Below are positions 20,988-33,689 of a stretch of DNA of 64,000 nucleotides, piece by piece. Source of the stretch: Callorhinchus milii (lineage: Eukaryota). Within the stretch, counting starts at the first letter, position 1. The number at the start of each line of letters is the position of its first letter. The stretch is from positions 6,698,001 through 6,762,000 of the forward strand of contig NW_024704742.1 in the NCBI RefSeq assembly GCF_018977255.1, given 5' to 3'. A program made the translations under genes and the position numbers. The notes under the pieces were generated by a model that was given only the letters and a program-made list of their open reading frames with translations, had not been told where the DNA came from and did no database searches.

Positions 20988-22082
20988 GTGGAGTGGCAGG
21001 AGATGGACTTTCTTTCAATCCAGTAGAAACTATGAAAGGGGTACATAACAAATGTTATTGTTAAGTGCAGTGACTGTATTTAAGTGTTGTGTGACATTAC
21101 CCTGCATGAGGGGCACTATATAAATATTGCATTTGTGGAGAAACAAAATGGCATTCTTACTGAAAGAGAGAAGTCAACGTTATTCTCAGTAATGATTTAA
21201 GACTATGATGTGCAGATGAAGCTCTTAAAGTGCCTCCCTCCACTGAAATTTCCTTCTCATGTGGACTAATAGGTACTTTCAGTTTACTTTGCGCACAGAC
21301 TAGTGCACCAAATAAGCACAAATGCCTCGCCAACCTGGAGTAATGTCTTGCCCAAGACATTGGGCCTTTAAACCTACAAAATCTGCCGGATGTGTATAAC
21401 TTTCTTCCAGTCATCTTTTTCTCCGGTGACTTGGGGAATATTCGTGTGTTGCGATTTATTTAACTACTGAAGTTGGCATTAGTTTACTGACAAAGAAATG
21501 TGAGCAAAAGTTTCTACGGTCTACTAGAAAGTGGCTTTTCCCACAGAATCTCTCTTCACTGCTAAAAAAAAAAGCGACCATAAATGTACATTCCCGTCTT
21601 CTTTTTAACCGTTTGGCTCCTGGAATTCCACCCCCGAAGCGCCTAATGTTGTTGGTGTCGTACGATTGATTCCAAACATCTGACTCTCTCACCATCCATT
21701 TGTGACAGCACTGGTTTCCTCTCTTTTTGTGTCAGGAAGCCCAGGCCTCTTGGCAGCTCTCAGATGTCTTGCTTCCTGTGATATCCTTGCCTCTCATATG
21801 GAATGTTTTCCAAACATTACAGGAACAGCTTAACAGGAAGAACAAGTTGCTACTTTCTTTGAGAGAACAGTACATTTGTGTTCCGAGAGGTGCCAGTGAA
21901 ATGCCCTCGAGTCCTACAGCTTCACTTTTCAAGTTGTCAGACCGGCCACTGGCAAACACACAGCATACTGCACCGGCTTGAGTTTCCATTACACATTGTG
22001 CATGAGGTCTTTCCTTGACACGATCAAGGTTTGTAAAAATGACATTATATAATATAGTATTTCAGAGCTTAATCCATAACCC

Positions 22083-22218
22083 CTGTGCGCAATTGACTGC
22101 CACATTTTGCCCACATAATATACAGTGAATTGACTCTACAGTATATTCTGTGAAGCGCTTTGAGACATCTCGAAGAGGTGATAAGACCCTATATCAAATG
22201 CAAGGATTATTATTATTT
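22083..22218 (+). mobile_element. SINE 3' fragment
   Basis: CTGTGCGCAATTGACTGCC..GAAGCGCTTTGAGACATCTCGAAGAGGTGATAAG..(TTA)n. Confidence 0.88.
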
Positions 22219-22816
22219 TTAAAATGGCATATCAGAGCCAAGCAGTAACTTTGATTACAGGAAAGCAAGTTATTATTCAAAGCCAATATTTGCCAATTGT
22301 ATTTCCTTCATCACAAACTGGGAGAATCCACGAAACCTTTTCTTCGGTACTTTTAATGCACAACATCTCACAGAGCTCTCATTGGGCTCGGAAAGAATTC
22401 AGTAACACGAAACACCATTCATCTCCAACAGTACGTAGCCATGTGTGCACAAGAGGGCAAATCGTTGTGCTTACTCACATGTGAGACATGCACAAATCTT
22501 TGCACATCCACAACTGAGAAAGAAACAGCTTAAGGCACCCACCTCAACCCTGTGACCAAAATTGTTGCAAAACTTAAAGAAAAGAAAACAAAAGAAATCA
22601 CAAATGGCTATATGTTTGAAACCACTCAGACATCTGGAACATTTGTGAAAAATAATCTTCAACCACTGAAACACAAGTCATGGTCCAGGCATAGTTTAAG
22701 CAGACAGACTCGACTAAGCACGTAGAGTGAGATTATACTTCCCCAATAGCATGTAAGGACGCAGCAACATAATTCAGGCCTCATTATACTTTGGTACAAG
22801 TCCAGCCTGTTAAAGA

Positions 22817-23223
22817 GTGGAGGCCTATAGTTTAGTGGTTAGAGCACTCGTCTCGCAAGCGAGAGGACCTGGGTTAAATTCCCGGCAGGGCGAAACATTG
22901 GACAAGTTTCCTTACTCCACATGCCTCTGTTTGCCTTGCAGTAAATAGGATCCCGGTTGTTAGTCAATTGGCGCATCTCTTTTCCGGGGGTAATAATCGC
23001 TCCAAAAATAAATAAATAATAATAATAATTTGATCACTCAATCCACGATTGTTTGTAGGACACTGCTGTGTGCAATTGGCTGCTGCATTTTGCCCACAAA
23101 ACATAGTCAATCTAGTTTACAATATATTCTGTAATATACTGTAAAGCATATTGCAGGCGCTTTGAGATGTCTCGAAGATGTGTTAAGGCGCTATATCAAA
23201 TGCAAGCATTATTATTATTATTA
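22817..23223 (+). mobile_element. SINE long subfamily, full length
   Basis: tRNA head, body, core and (TTA)n tail. Confidence 0.95.
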
Positions 23224-24343
23224 CAACACACAGACTGGTGAAAACCATATTAAGCACTCTTGATCCTAACAATTCCCTTTCATTTGGGAATGATAAAAAT
23301 GTAGTTAAAGTTAATAACCATAAATAAAGATTTCTTTAGTCTTTCTCGACTTCTTTATTAGTCGCTAGATACTGCAATTCACAAAAAGTAACACAAACAA
23401 TGTGTGTCGAAGATTGAGAACAAAATAGACCCACATTACATTAAATTGATCATGTTTCAGGTGAGAGCAGTAGAAATAGTCATCGGATCACAGAAAATTG
23501 CAGGCAAACTACTTGATGGTCATAATGATCTTAAATAATCCTTGCATTTCAAAACATTAACGTCAAAACATCTCAAATATTCTGCATAGGGAATTGCTGT
23601 CAAGTGCAGTGGCTGGATGTTTGTAGGCAAATGCAATTCTTACACAGTGAGGTCCCACAAACGGCCATGAAATGAATGACCAAATTATCTAGAGGATGTT
23701 TGGCCATGGGATCCTAAACGTCCGCCGGAACAGGAAAACGTGATTTCAGGCTGTAGACAAATGCATTTCTCATTTTCTTTTTGAATCCTCCCATTGCATC
23801 GCACAGGAATGTTATTCTAGACTGTGAATCCGAAGTCCCACTGTGGAGCAAAATCCGTAATCCAGAGGTAAGACTGCTACAACCTGAGTCAAGATTGTAG
23901 CACTTGTCATTGACTGGTTTTGAATGCGACTTCCCCTTCCCTTCTCCCCCACCACGTCCCTGAAAACCAGATTGAAGCTTTCTGTGGCAGCCAATGGAGT
24001 TGTCGTCGTGGAGCATAGCATCCCTGCTCCTGGTTACTTTCCAGAGACCCCCTTCCCCTCAACTGCTGCCACAGGGAACTGTTGGTGGGGGACAACTTTG
24101 GTGTTGGCTGACGCTCATTATATGAGCTTGCACTTTAAGAATGGACTGCTCGGGGAGAATGCTGGCCAGGTGTCTGGGTCCTTGGGGACCTGTAACACAG
24201 CACAAGTCAGCGTTTTTAGGAGAACAGAAAGCTAGAGAGTTAAAGTTCTGTGATACGAATAAACAGACACCCAATACCATTCCAGTGAGGAAAACCCATC
24301 GCAGTTCTGCAGTGCCTGAGTACTTTAGCGGTACTCAGGCATT

Positions 24344-24723
24344 GTGGAGTCCTGTAGCGTAGTGGTTAGCATGCTCACCTCGCAAGCAAAAGGACCCGAG
24401 TTCGATTCCCAGGCAAGGCGAAACCTTTGGCAAGTTGCTTTACTCCACTCGCCTCTGTTTACCTAGCAATAAATAGGAACCCAGTCATTAGTCGATTTGG
24501 CGGATCACTTTCTGGGAATAATAATCCGTTTAAAAAAAAATAGTCATTCAATCACGACTGTTTATGGGGCACTGCTGTGCACAAATGGCTGCTGCGTTTC
24601 GCCCACAAGATATACAGTCACTCCACTTTACAATATATCCTGTGAAGCACTTTGAGACGTCTTGAAGACGTGATAAGGCGCTATACAAGGAGTCGTATTA
24701 TTATTATTATCATTATTATTATT
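24344..24723 (+). mobile_element. SINE long subfamily, full length
   Basis: GTGGAGTCCTGTAGCGTAGTGGTTAG..GAGTTCGATTCCC..(TTA)n. Confidence 0.95.
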
Positions 24724-24959
24724 CTTTGCGGCCACTGAAACAAAGTAAGTCAAAGTAAGTCCTATGAAGCGACACACGCAAGTGGAATGCTCCACGCATC
24801 AATTCCAATGTCTCCAGGTCACCTTCCGGCCCAAGCATTGTGAAAACGTTGGGAAGAGGTAGTGATTTACCCCATGGTAGTCAATAATTATCCACGCACT
24901 GGTGACACTATGTCAAAATGGCACATCAGAGCCAAGAAATAACTTTGATTACAGGAAAC

Positions 24960-25270
24960 TGTACCTTTCACATCAGGAGTGCATCTCAAAACATTTCTCA
25001 AGAATTGCTGTGAAGTGGAATGAATATGTATTTATAGGCGAATGTGGCAACCAAATTCCCACAAACAGTACCGAAACAAATAACCAACTTTATTGCAGTG
25101 ATTGTTGGCCAGGACACCAGAGGAAACACCCTTTACTTTTCGAATAGCGTCACGGGATCTTTACCATCCACCTGAACAGGCAGACGGGGCCTCGGATTAA
25201 CGTCTCAACCGAAGGACGGCACCTCCAACAAAGGAACACACCCCCAGCATTGCATAAGAGTGTTAGATGT
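24960..25270 (-). mobile_element. Older DeuSINE
   Basis: GGCCAGGACACCAGAGGAAAC..GGGATCTTTACCATCCACCTGAACAGGCAGACGGGGCCTCGGATTAACGTCTCAACCGAAGGACGGCACCTCC is the Deu domain antisense. Confidence 0.88.
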
Positions 25271-26087
25271 GTTGGTGTGTTGCTGGGAACAGCCTGCAAC
25301 CACCTCCTTGAAAGTGAAGTGCAGTATGCACCACCTAGTCCCATTCGTTACATGTGTAATATATATTCCAGGTTTTTTATTAAGTACTAATGTTGCTTTT
25401 ACAGTTTTACCAGCATAAGAAATTGGAGCCGTGCCAATCCCCAGTGAGGCCTCAATCTCTGCGGTTCAGCTTTCTCTCTGCCTCTCAAAAGAATTTCATT
25501 AACAGACGAAACCAGCTTCATCTCTTTCACTTTCTCCTGCCTCTGTCATCCTGTAAGTTCACACGGACAGACGTGTATACCTCTTGCTGTCACTATTGTG
25601 CAATTACAACCGCTGGCTCCAGTCCGCCTGCTATTATAGTATTATTTTACAAGGAGGTTACACTTCACTCTTTATTCTAGCTCTGTTAGAAATGGCCGAA
25701 ACTCGCCAAGATCAATACAAGTCTTGTTTCTCATTACCACCGCGGACATACATTTTCAAGCCAATTTCTCACTTAATGTGACATTTATTTGAACATATTA
25801 CAGACTTGGGGATAGCGAGAGTCCATCTGAATTTACTTTGGCCAGTGCCAACTGATTGGCATGGATTGGCATACCGAGGCCAAGAACAGTGACACTTGAG
25901 CCAGAGTAAATTGCAACATTTTTAAAGAGAATATGAAACGGTTGCATTAAAAATAGTGAAGAATATGTTCTTATGCGCTTACAATAACTGTTCACTGCTT
26001 CTTTTTGTCAGCTTCCAGTCTGACATATGTAGAAACTTCTTGGTGTGCATAAGAGACTCTGTTTGCTGGTGTCGAATCACACAAGCT

Positions 26088-26157
26088 CTCTCCCCTCCTG
26101 CAAGCCCTCCTCTCCTACTTGCAGGAGTAGGAGAGGAGAGTTTGCAGGACGGGAGAG
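26088..26157. repeat. Near-perfect inverted repeat (32 bp arms, 6 nt loop)
   Basis: CTCTCCCCTCCTGCAAGCCCTCCTCTCCTACT / TGCAGG / AGTAGGAGAGGAGAGTTTGCAGGACGGGAGAG; 29 of 32 positions complementary. Confidence 0.92.
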
Positions 26158-26584
26158 GAGAGAGAAAGTTGTAGGCGGGGGGGGGGGGTGTAGAAGAGGG
26201 AGAAAGTTTGTGATCTAGCCTAAGAGACTTTTCCCTTGGTATTTTAGAATGTGCTAATTCGGAACCTTTCTCAAATTAGTCATAATTTTGAAGCCGTTTT
26301 TCTGGTGATTTTTTGAAGACTGTGCAAAAATTATAAAAAATGTGTAAAATGTGGACGTGGTGGAATGTTAACTTGCACTTCCACAGCAGTTTTCTCGTAA
26401 TATGTCAAAGGGCTTCATAGAGCTGGAGTGTAAGGCTAGATCCAGGTCAAATTTCTCCCTGGTACCTGATGCCACTACGGTTCACGTGCACAAAAAATAT
26501 ATATCAATGAAAAATGCTGGAGCTTATCACATCACTAGCAGCAATGACCTTTTCCTTCTGGATTTGCTACTACAAACATATTTT

Positions 26585-26716
26585 TCCCACAAAATATACA
26601 GTCTGTATATAAGTGAATATACACTTTACTGTATATTTACTGTATATTCTATGAAGCGATTTGAGACGTCTCAAAGACGTGATAAGGTGCTATATTAAAT
26701 ACAAGGATTATTATTA
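26585..26716 (+). mobile_element. SINE 3' fragment
   Basis: CCCACAAAATATACAGTC..GAGACGTCTCAAAGACGTGATAAGGTGCTAT..(TTA)n. Confidence 0.85.
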
Positions 26717-29074
26717 CAAGCATGTAATGTAAAGATCACAGGCACTAGTGTGATAGACCCACCTGTCATGTCGATCAATACATTAGACTGAACACCCAGT
26801 GTGACAATTTGTTTCAACTCCAGTCATCCCGTTATTTAAGGGGATAGTTTAGATCCGAAATGTTCTCCAGTGTCAGGATAGCATTTCACAGGGTTTAGGC
26901 AATGGACGTGTGTTTCAACGTTTTTTCCCCCACTGTTCCAGGACAGCACTTCTGATCTTCCAATATCCTGCCATGACCTTTGAGATTCCAGGTATGAATA
27001 AGAGTATGAATATATGTATGAGGCCAAGGAGGTAACTTTGGTTAATACTCACTCCATGCACAAAGAAATAATCACGCATGATTTAGGAAACTCATTTATC
27101 GGTTGCACAGTAAATTGCTTAAACTTTCCATAAGTGTGTAATTTGTAATTATATTTGCTGGAATCCTAAGCCTTTCATTCATCACCGCATTATGACAGCA
27201 GCAGCTAATTACATTTCCTCACATTCCCAATGCTGACCAGGACAGACTGGGTGTTGGCTGGTCTCTGGTCTGGGGGCTTATCAACAGACTGTTTTCATTG
27301 AAATCACTCTTAAATAGGTGGAGTGACTCTCTGTGTGGCAGAGTCGGAGAGGGGATATGGGAACCGGAGTGGGGGGAGTTTGTGGGAGGGGGGCGTTAAT
27401 TGTTAGGGGAGGGAGTTAGTGTAATTATTTGGAAATGTGATTAATGAGCGAGCACAGCAGTAGCTGATTATCATTATTTTGATATGCATAGAATATTTTG
27501 CTTGCAGTATGTGCCGAAAAGGTCGAATTCCACAGGAAACCCTTACATAGATCTCGGGATCTTAGGGGATTAATTCAGTAACTTGCAATTACTTCAGCAG
27601 CAGTGTGTGGCAGAGTAGTATGATGTTAGATGCAAAAATGACTAAGAATGAGTGTTCAGATGAATTGCTCTTTAAATTTGCCTCCCCTTTCCTCCTTGAT
27701 TGGAAATGCACCCAAATTCAAAATCTATACAGGAAAATAGGAATCATCTTTGAACTTAGAACTTCCTAGAACATTGAACCCATTTGACACAAAGCACCCA
27801 AGGCAAATGGACATCCCAGAACTAAGGCTACTGAGAGGGTTAGATTGAAAGATTTCTACCCACTGATGAAGGTGATCATCTTCGATGTGCACCAACAAAA
27901 TGGCTAAATTAAATCCAATCCACCATGTTTCTCCCTTATTTGTGCCTTTAAAATAATAATTCTTGCATTTGGTACAGAACTTTTCACATCAGGAAGATGT
28001 CTAAAAGCACTTTGCAGGATTTACCATGAAGAAACGTGAATGTATTTTGCAAGTGACGTCTCCTCTAAAGGATGAAACAATGCAACAAAGCAGTGTTCCC
28101 CAGGCACTGGATTGACATGTCAGCCAAGACTATGAGAGCTGCTTGGAATTATAAAATAATAATTGCTGCATTCAGTATAGTGCCGTTCGCATTGGGAGAG
28201 ACGTCACATAGTAATTTGCTAATGATTTACAACCATTCTCTAAACCGCAGCTCCTTCAAGTGCTGCCCTGACATGACAGAGCTTTAATTCAGCACTTGTT
28301 TTAGTTTAGCTCAATTAATAATCTGCTACTCGGGCAGTAATACTTCACATCTGCAATTAACTCACAGCACAAAATTTGGCTTAGGATAAGTGACAATAGT
28401 ACTGTAAATTAATGCACACGAGCATTGTTTTCAATGAGTGCCAATACACTGTAACAAACAGGAAAATTACAGACAAAGCTGTTAACATAGCACAGTCAAC
28501 AATTGTACCATTTTAACTTTGTACGTTATTTCTGCTCTTTCATAATGGGCTCTAAATTCCCCATTCGAAGACAGCCTACCTCTTTTACTATGCCTACGAT
28601 CAGCTCTCCTGCCTCACACTTGTGTCCAGCACCATCTCGGTGAAATTCTTTGAGATGCGAAAGGCATAAGGCATTATAATAAATGCGAGTTTCTATAAAA
28701 TTCAGTGAGTGCCTAATCATCTACTTTCTGTAATTATATATTTTTTTAACAGCATAATTGAAAATATTGGTTTGAAATGAGAGGTATTAAAGCTATTAGT
28801 TATAGCTATCCCATGGTGTTCATACCAACCTGTATTTTAGACCCCCCCCCACCCCCACAGCTCAAAATCACCCTCAATAATACCTCTAATTCAGCTCTCA
28901 TCTTGATGAGGGTGAGAGCTCGCACCTTGATAGTTATGCTGGCATCACTAGGACAAGTGATCTTTTTGTTCATAATCACGATTGTTTGTTTATAATAACT
29001 GTTAAGCAGAACAGACTGAGACTGCAGAGAACCAGTGTCTTATCACAGGAGGCTGCAGGATGTATATTGTATTG

Positions 29075-29270
29075 TAAAATAATAATAATGCGGTCACTCA
29101 ATCCACGACTGTTTGTGGGACGCTGCTGTGCACAATTGGCCGCCGTGTTTCGCCCATGAAATGCACAGTCGCTACACTTTACAGTATATTTTGTGAAGCG
29201 CTTTGAGACGTCTCGATGACGTGATGAGGCGCTATATCAAAAGCAAGTATTATTTATTATTATTATTATG
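29075..29270 (+). mobile_element. SINE 3' half
   Basis: GGTCACTCAATCCACGACTGTTTGTGGGACGCTGCTGTGCACAATTGG..(TTA)n. Confidence 0.9.
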
Positions 29271-29409
29271 AATAAACACAGAATGAAAAGGTGAGCAATG
29301 TTAGCAAACTGGCTCGATCGCAGTATCAATTGCCACTTCCAGCTATACAATACAGATTTCTATTTAAACAACAAAAACGACCACAAACAACCACCATCAT
29401 CGCCACCAC

Positions 29410-29862
29410 GAACAACTTGCATTTATAGAGCGACTTTCACATGGGATAGCTTCTCGGAGCGGTTAACAGAGGCAGAGCTTGGCACTGAGCAGGAGAGAGG
29501 GGAAAGGGAGAGGCAGGCAACTGCATTTATAGTCAAACAGGAAAGTTTTCGGGTGTGATCCGAAAATATTAAGGAGGAGGCAAGTCCCAGGGATTGAGGC
29601 AGAGAGTTCCTTTGTCTCAGGGCGCAGTGGGTGAAGGCACGGCCGCTGATGGTGGAGCAGAGGGGACAAGGGACGTGCAGGAGGCCAGAGCCAGATGATC
29701 GAAGGGAGCGGTGAGAGGAGTTGGGTGTAAGCAGGTCAGAGAGGTAGGAAGGTGTCAGGACATGCAATGATTGTGGACGAGTATGAGGATATTGAAGTCA
29801 ATCCATTCTGCAATAGTGAGCCAGGGGAGCCTGGCAAGGGCTGGAGGGATGGGGCAGCGGAA
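29410..29862 (-). mobile_element. L2 LINE 3' fragment
   Basis: IPPALARLPWLTIAEWIDFNILILVH..PSYLSDLLTP..RSLRSSGSGLLHVP..GRAF..NSLP, the L2 ORF2 C-terminus, with L2 tail. Confidence 0.9.
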
Positions 29863-32055
29863 TTTGCTGCAGGATATATAGCACCTTTCACATCGGAACA
29901 TCCCAAAGCACTTAACAGAGCCGAAGGGGAGGGGATAGATGACCGAAAGTGCCGTCAAAGAGGTACGTCTTGAGAAGGACTTATGTGTACAAAACAAATA
30001 GATTCAAATATTTAATGGGAGAACAAGAACCAAGGAAAAAAAAATTCCACCTGGCAGACTATTTTCTTCAGAGCATATAGAATTTGTCAAATTGCCACAT
30101 TAGGTCTCAACTTTGAAGCCGTTCTTTTCTGTAGTTTCTCACACAAAAGATCTTCAAGTAAAGACCATTAGATGTTTACTGACAAAGTACAGTGACTTTG
30201 AGACATGCTCTCAACATGAGTGGTGCTATATCGAATGTAAGAATTATTATTTAAGAATTTGCCAAATTTTTGACGTTCTGAAATGCTAAGAAAATAGAGC
30301 TTTCTATCCCCAGAGGTACATTTCATACATTTTGGTCGATAATTATTTTAAATGGATTTCGATGGCAACAAAGGGCTTCATGCACCTCCTTCAGTTTCAC
30401 ATGTTTAAGGATCTTTAATAATAATACAAAAAACCTTGCATTTTTATATAGCGCCTTATCACGTCTTCGAGTAGTCTCAAAGTGCTTCACAGAATATACT
30501 GTAAAGTAAATTGACTATATATTTTGTGGACAAATTAAAGTCGGATTTTATTCACAAAATAAATGCCCATGTGTATCTTTCAGGTTCTAACAGACTATTT
30601 TGTGTTGTTGGTTTGAGCACAGAATGCAAAGGATTCGTAATAATTGAGAGAGAAAACTTCAATCACACCCAAAGAGTAGTCTTTTTTCTTCACCTCATTC
30701 CAAGTTATGATGAGGAAATGTCAGTAGAGCATCACCTTTGGATGACAAGGCACACGTCTGGTCGGGAGACCTATACTAGGGAAGCAAATAACAATTCGCA
30801 CACAGTGCTGAAAAAAGAGATTTCGAGTGCTAATGCTGGAGTACTCAGGCACATTTGAGTTCGACAGGTTTCATAGAGATCTTATCTACGCCCAGACTTT
30901 TGCTCCCCAGACTCCAGTGTGGAACAGAAAATACTTCTGAATGTCGAGGAATTTTTATGTGTGGTGGAAAGACTTGGACCCAAGTGAAATAACAGTCAAC
31001 AAGCTCATTTATTGAGAGAAACTTGCTGTGCGGTGAGCACCACTACACCATGACTTCAAAGGTTTTTTCTTTTATTGCTTCGTCAGTGACATAAAACATA
31101 TGCAAACACGCGGTAACAAAATGAAGACAAGTGCATTTAAACGTGGCAAAGCTCTTGAATTCAACTTTATACTGAAGCTTCGAAAGATCCAAAATCTGTT
31201 TCACCTTAACAAAATACCGCACAGCTGCAATGTTGAGATGAAACACATGATTTATATGCGTCAACATTGTTTGGGATTGGGGTCCGGACACTGCAGAGTC
31301 ACTTGTTATCTATGCAGCACACAATTTATGCATTGTATAGACATGAAAAACTATCCAAAGGATAGATTTCTAAAGGACAGACACATGACCTCTTCTAAGA
31401 CATAAAACAGGCAATGGGAAGCTGTACTGCAGTGAAGGACACATGTGCCAGCTTCAACTGGGAACTTTTGAGACTTGGCACCCAGATGTCTTCTGAATTT
31501 ATGTCCGTGAGTTCATCAGCTGCTGTTTCAATCAACTAATGCATTCCATACATGCAGCAAATTCAGAGCCAAGAAATCCTGGAGCAGGAAAAGTAGTCTC
31601 CGTGGCCTTCTGCAGTGGGATAGAATGGGAAACATTTTCGCACTGTGTAAAAAAAAAATCACATTCGCGATGCTTTTCAATAATAGGTCAGATACTTTGC
31701 ATCATACGATTTCTTTATCTGCTCTATAATAGATGCGTCTGCAAAAAACTTTCAGGCTCTCATTGCCAACCCCAATGAACAATTTAATGGTCCCTTCAAT
31801 AAGCACATACAGTAATGTTTTTAACTTTCATTGCCTTGGACAGTTAGTTCATATATATTGACATTTTGAGTCAAAATTAATTGCTAGGTGGATAAACTGC
31901 GGATTTTGACATTTTGATCAAAGGCAACTCACTTTTTTTTTACACTATTCTATTCCTTCCACTTGCGTAATTTGTTGTACATTTTAAGCGGGCGCTCCTA
32001 GGAGCTGAACTGGTTCCAAGATGACATGCCTGGCAACAGAATGTCGCAATCGAGC

Positions 32056-32408
32056 CAGCCCTGGGTCTCGGTAATCTGGTTCCTGAGGCAGGCGGATCTG
32101 TAGTATTCCAGGGCACTGCTGTTGACAGCACATCCCAGCCTGGTTCATTAGCAGGACTTGGAAGGGTAGAAACAGTCACTGAGACAGGCAATCCAACACA
32201 TCCCTGCAAGCCAAAGCCCTATTGGGTAGGGTCGTCCTAGCTTGGCAACCAGCGTGAAAGCTTGTCAGAGACAGTAATAATAATGGCAAACTATACGGTT
32301 TTAGCTGGTTAGACTCCAGCAGTTATCCCAACGCACACTCTGGGGTCCCCAAGCCTTGGCTTTTGCCAACCTGCGCCTAATACTTTCCAGAATTAGATAA
32401 GCAGATCT
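32056..32408 (-). repeat. Unclassified dispersed repeat, copy 3
   Basis: GGTCTCGGTAATCTGGTTCCTGA..CCAGCCTGGTTCATTAGCAGGA..AATGGCAAAC..CCCAACGCACACTCTGGGGTCCCCAAGCCTTGGCTTTTGCCAACCT aligns with 6495-6823. Confidence 0.87.
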
Positions 32409-33689
32409 AAAATTCTGTGATCGATATCCTACAGCACCATTAATTAAACCAGGAATCTCTCTTCAAATGAACCCCGACTCCTGCACATGTTTGACTGAAC
32501 TTGTGGAGGAATATCCAGATGTTTGCATCTCCAGACGAATGTGCGATGAAATCAAATCTTTTAGACATATTTGCTCAACATCAAACTCTGCAAAGTAGCT
32601 CTACTTAAAACATACAGTTAAGAAATGTAAAGTTGTTCGACCCACTATTAGTAATAATGCAAGGTGAAAATGTAATTATGAAAAGAGGACATTTGGCCAG
32701 TTAATGAAATGGACCTAAATCTACTTGAGATATGCAATCTGTGAGGATCAAAGGTGTGAGAGACATGTGTTACATCAGGGTTTACTAGGTCAATGATCCC
32801 TATAGAACAGAGTGAACTTAGACAATAATTAGTTGGTGCTGACGGTACCAGTTGGTACCAGATCCCACCACCCGTGCCCTTACACACAAATCTAACTGCA
32901 AAATACATCAGGCATACAAATCTGCAAGCAGTAAAATTGCTTGCTTATGTTATATAGATTACCATTTCAGGTTTATTAATTATTATCTTTCAGCTCGCTG
33001 CAAAATATCTGAGTCCAGCTGGAAGGAATACTGGAAGGAGAAGGGAAGTCTTCAGGGAGCACTTTCTGCACAAATTATTCCCCCACATGTATATTTTTTT
33101 TGAAAAAGAGAACACACATCAAAGAATGATTCCCCAGCAGGTTAGAGATGGCCTTGTTTTAGTTCTGTACAGCATTTCAGTGCTCAAGGTTGCATCGGTG
33201 ATGGCTTATGGGCAATCCATGTGTTCTGGAATGGCTGCATTACTTCAGGTTGGTATCGAGGTTGATCTGGATCCTCTTGCGGGATTGTTCAGCACTGCCT
33301 GGTTTACTGCCGTGTGCTCAGCCAGTGTCTATTCTTCCTGGCTCAGACAGCTTTGCGTTGGCTCCGTGCCATTCCAAAGCATGCACTCCCAGAGAAATGA
33401 GTGGAACCGTTCGAAGACGCATGCTAACTGCTCCCAATAAACCATGTCGTCACATTGGCTGCAGGTGCAAGCACAGACCTGAAATGTTAAGTCCCTATCT
33501 GGCAGAGGAAACACACCACACAAGGACAGAGAGCAAGTAGCATGCATCATCTTCAGTTGGTTTGAATAGAGTATCACATATTGCATCAATAAGAGTAATC
33601 CCTACATTTGGTACAGCTCCTTTTCACATTGGGACATCTCAAAGCCCTCCAAGGGATATACCGTAAAGTGTAATAACTGAAGAGTGTAG

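Noticed and set aside
30707..30811. Possible C/D box snoRNA (ATGATGA ... CTGA)
   Set aside because: No terminal stem and no recognisable rRNA-complementary guide.
33087..33589. Three overlapping ORFs of 86-117 aa
   Set aside because: No recognisable homology or coding signature; one start is non-ATG.
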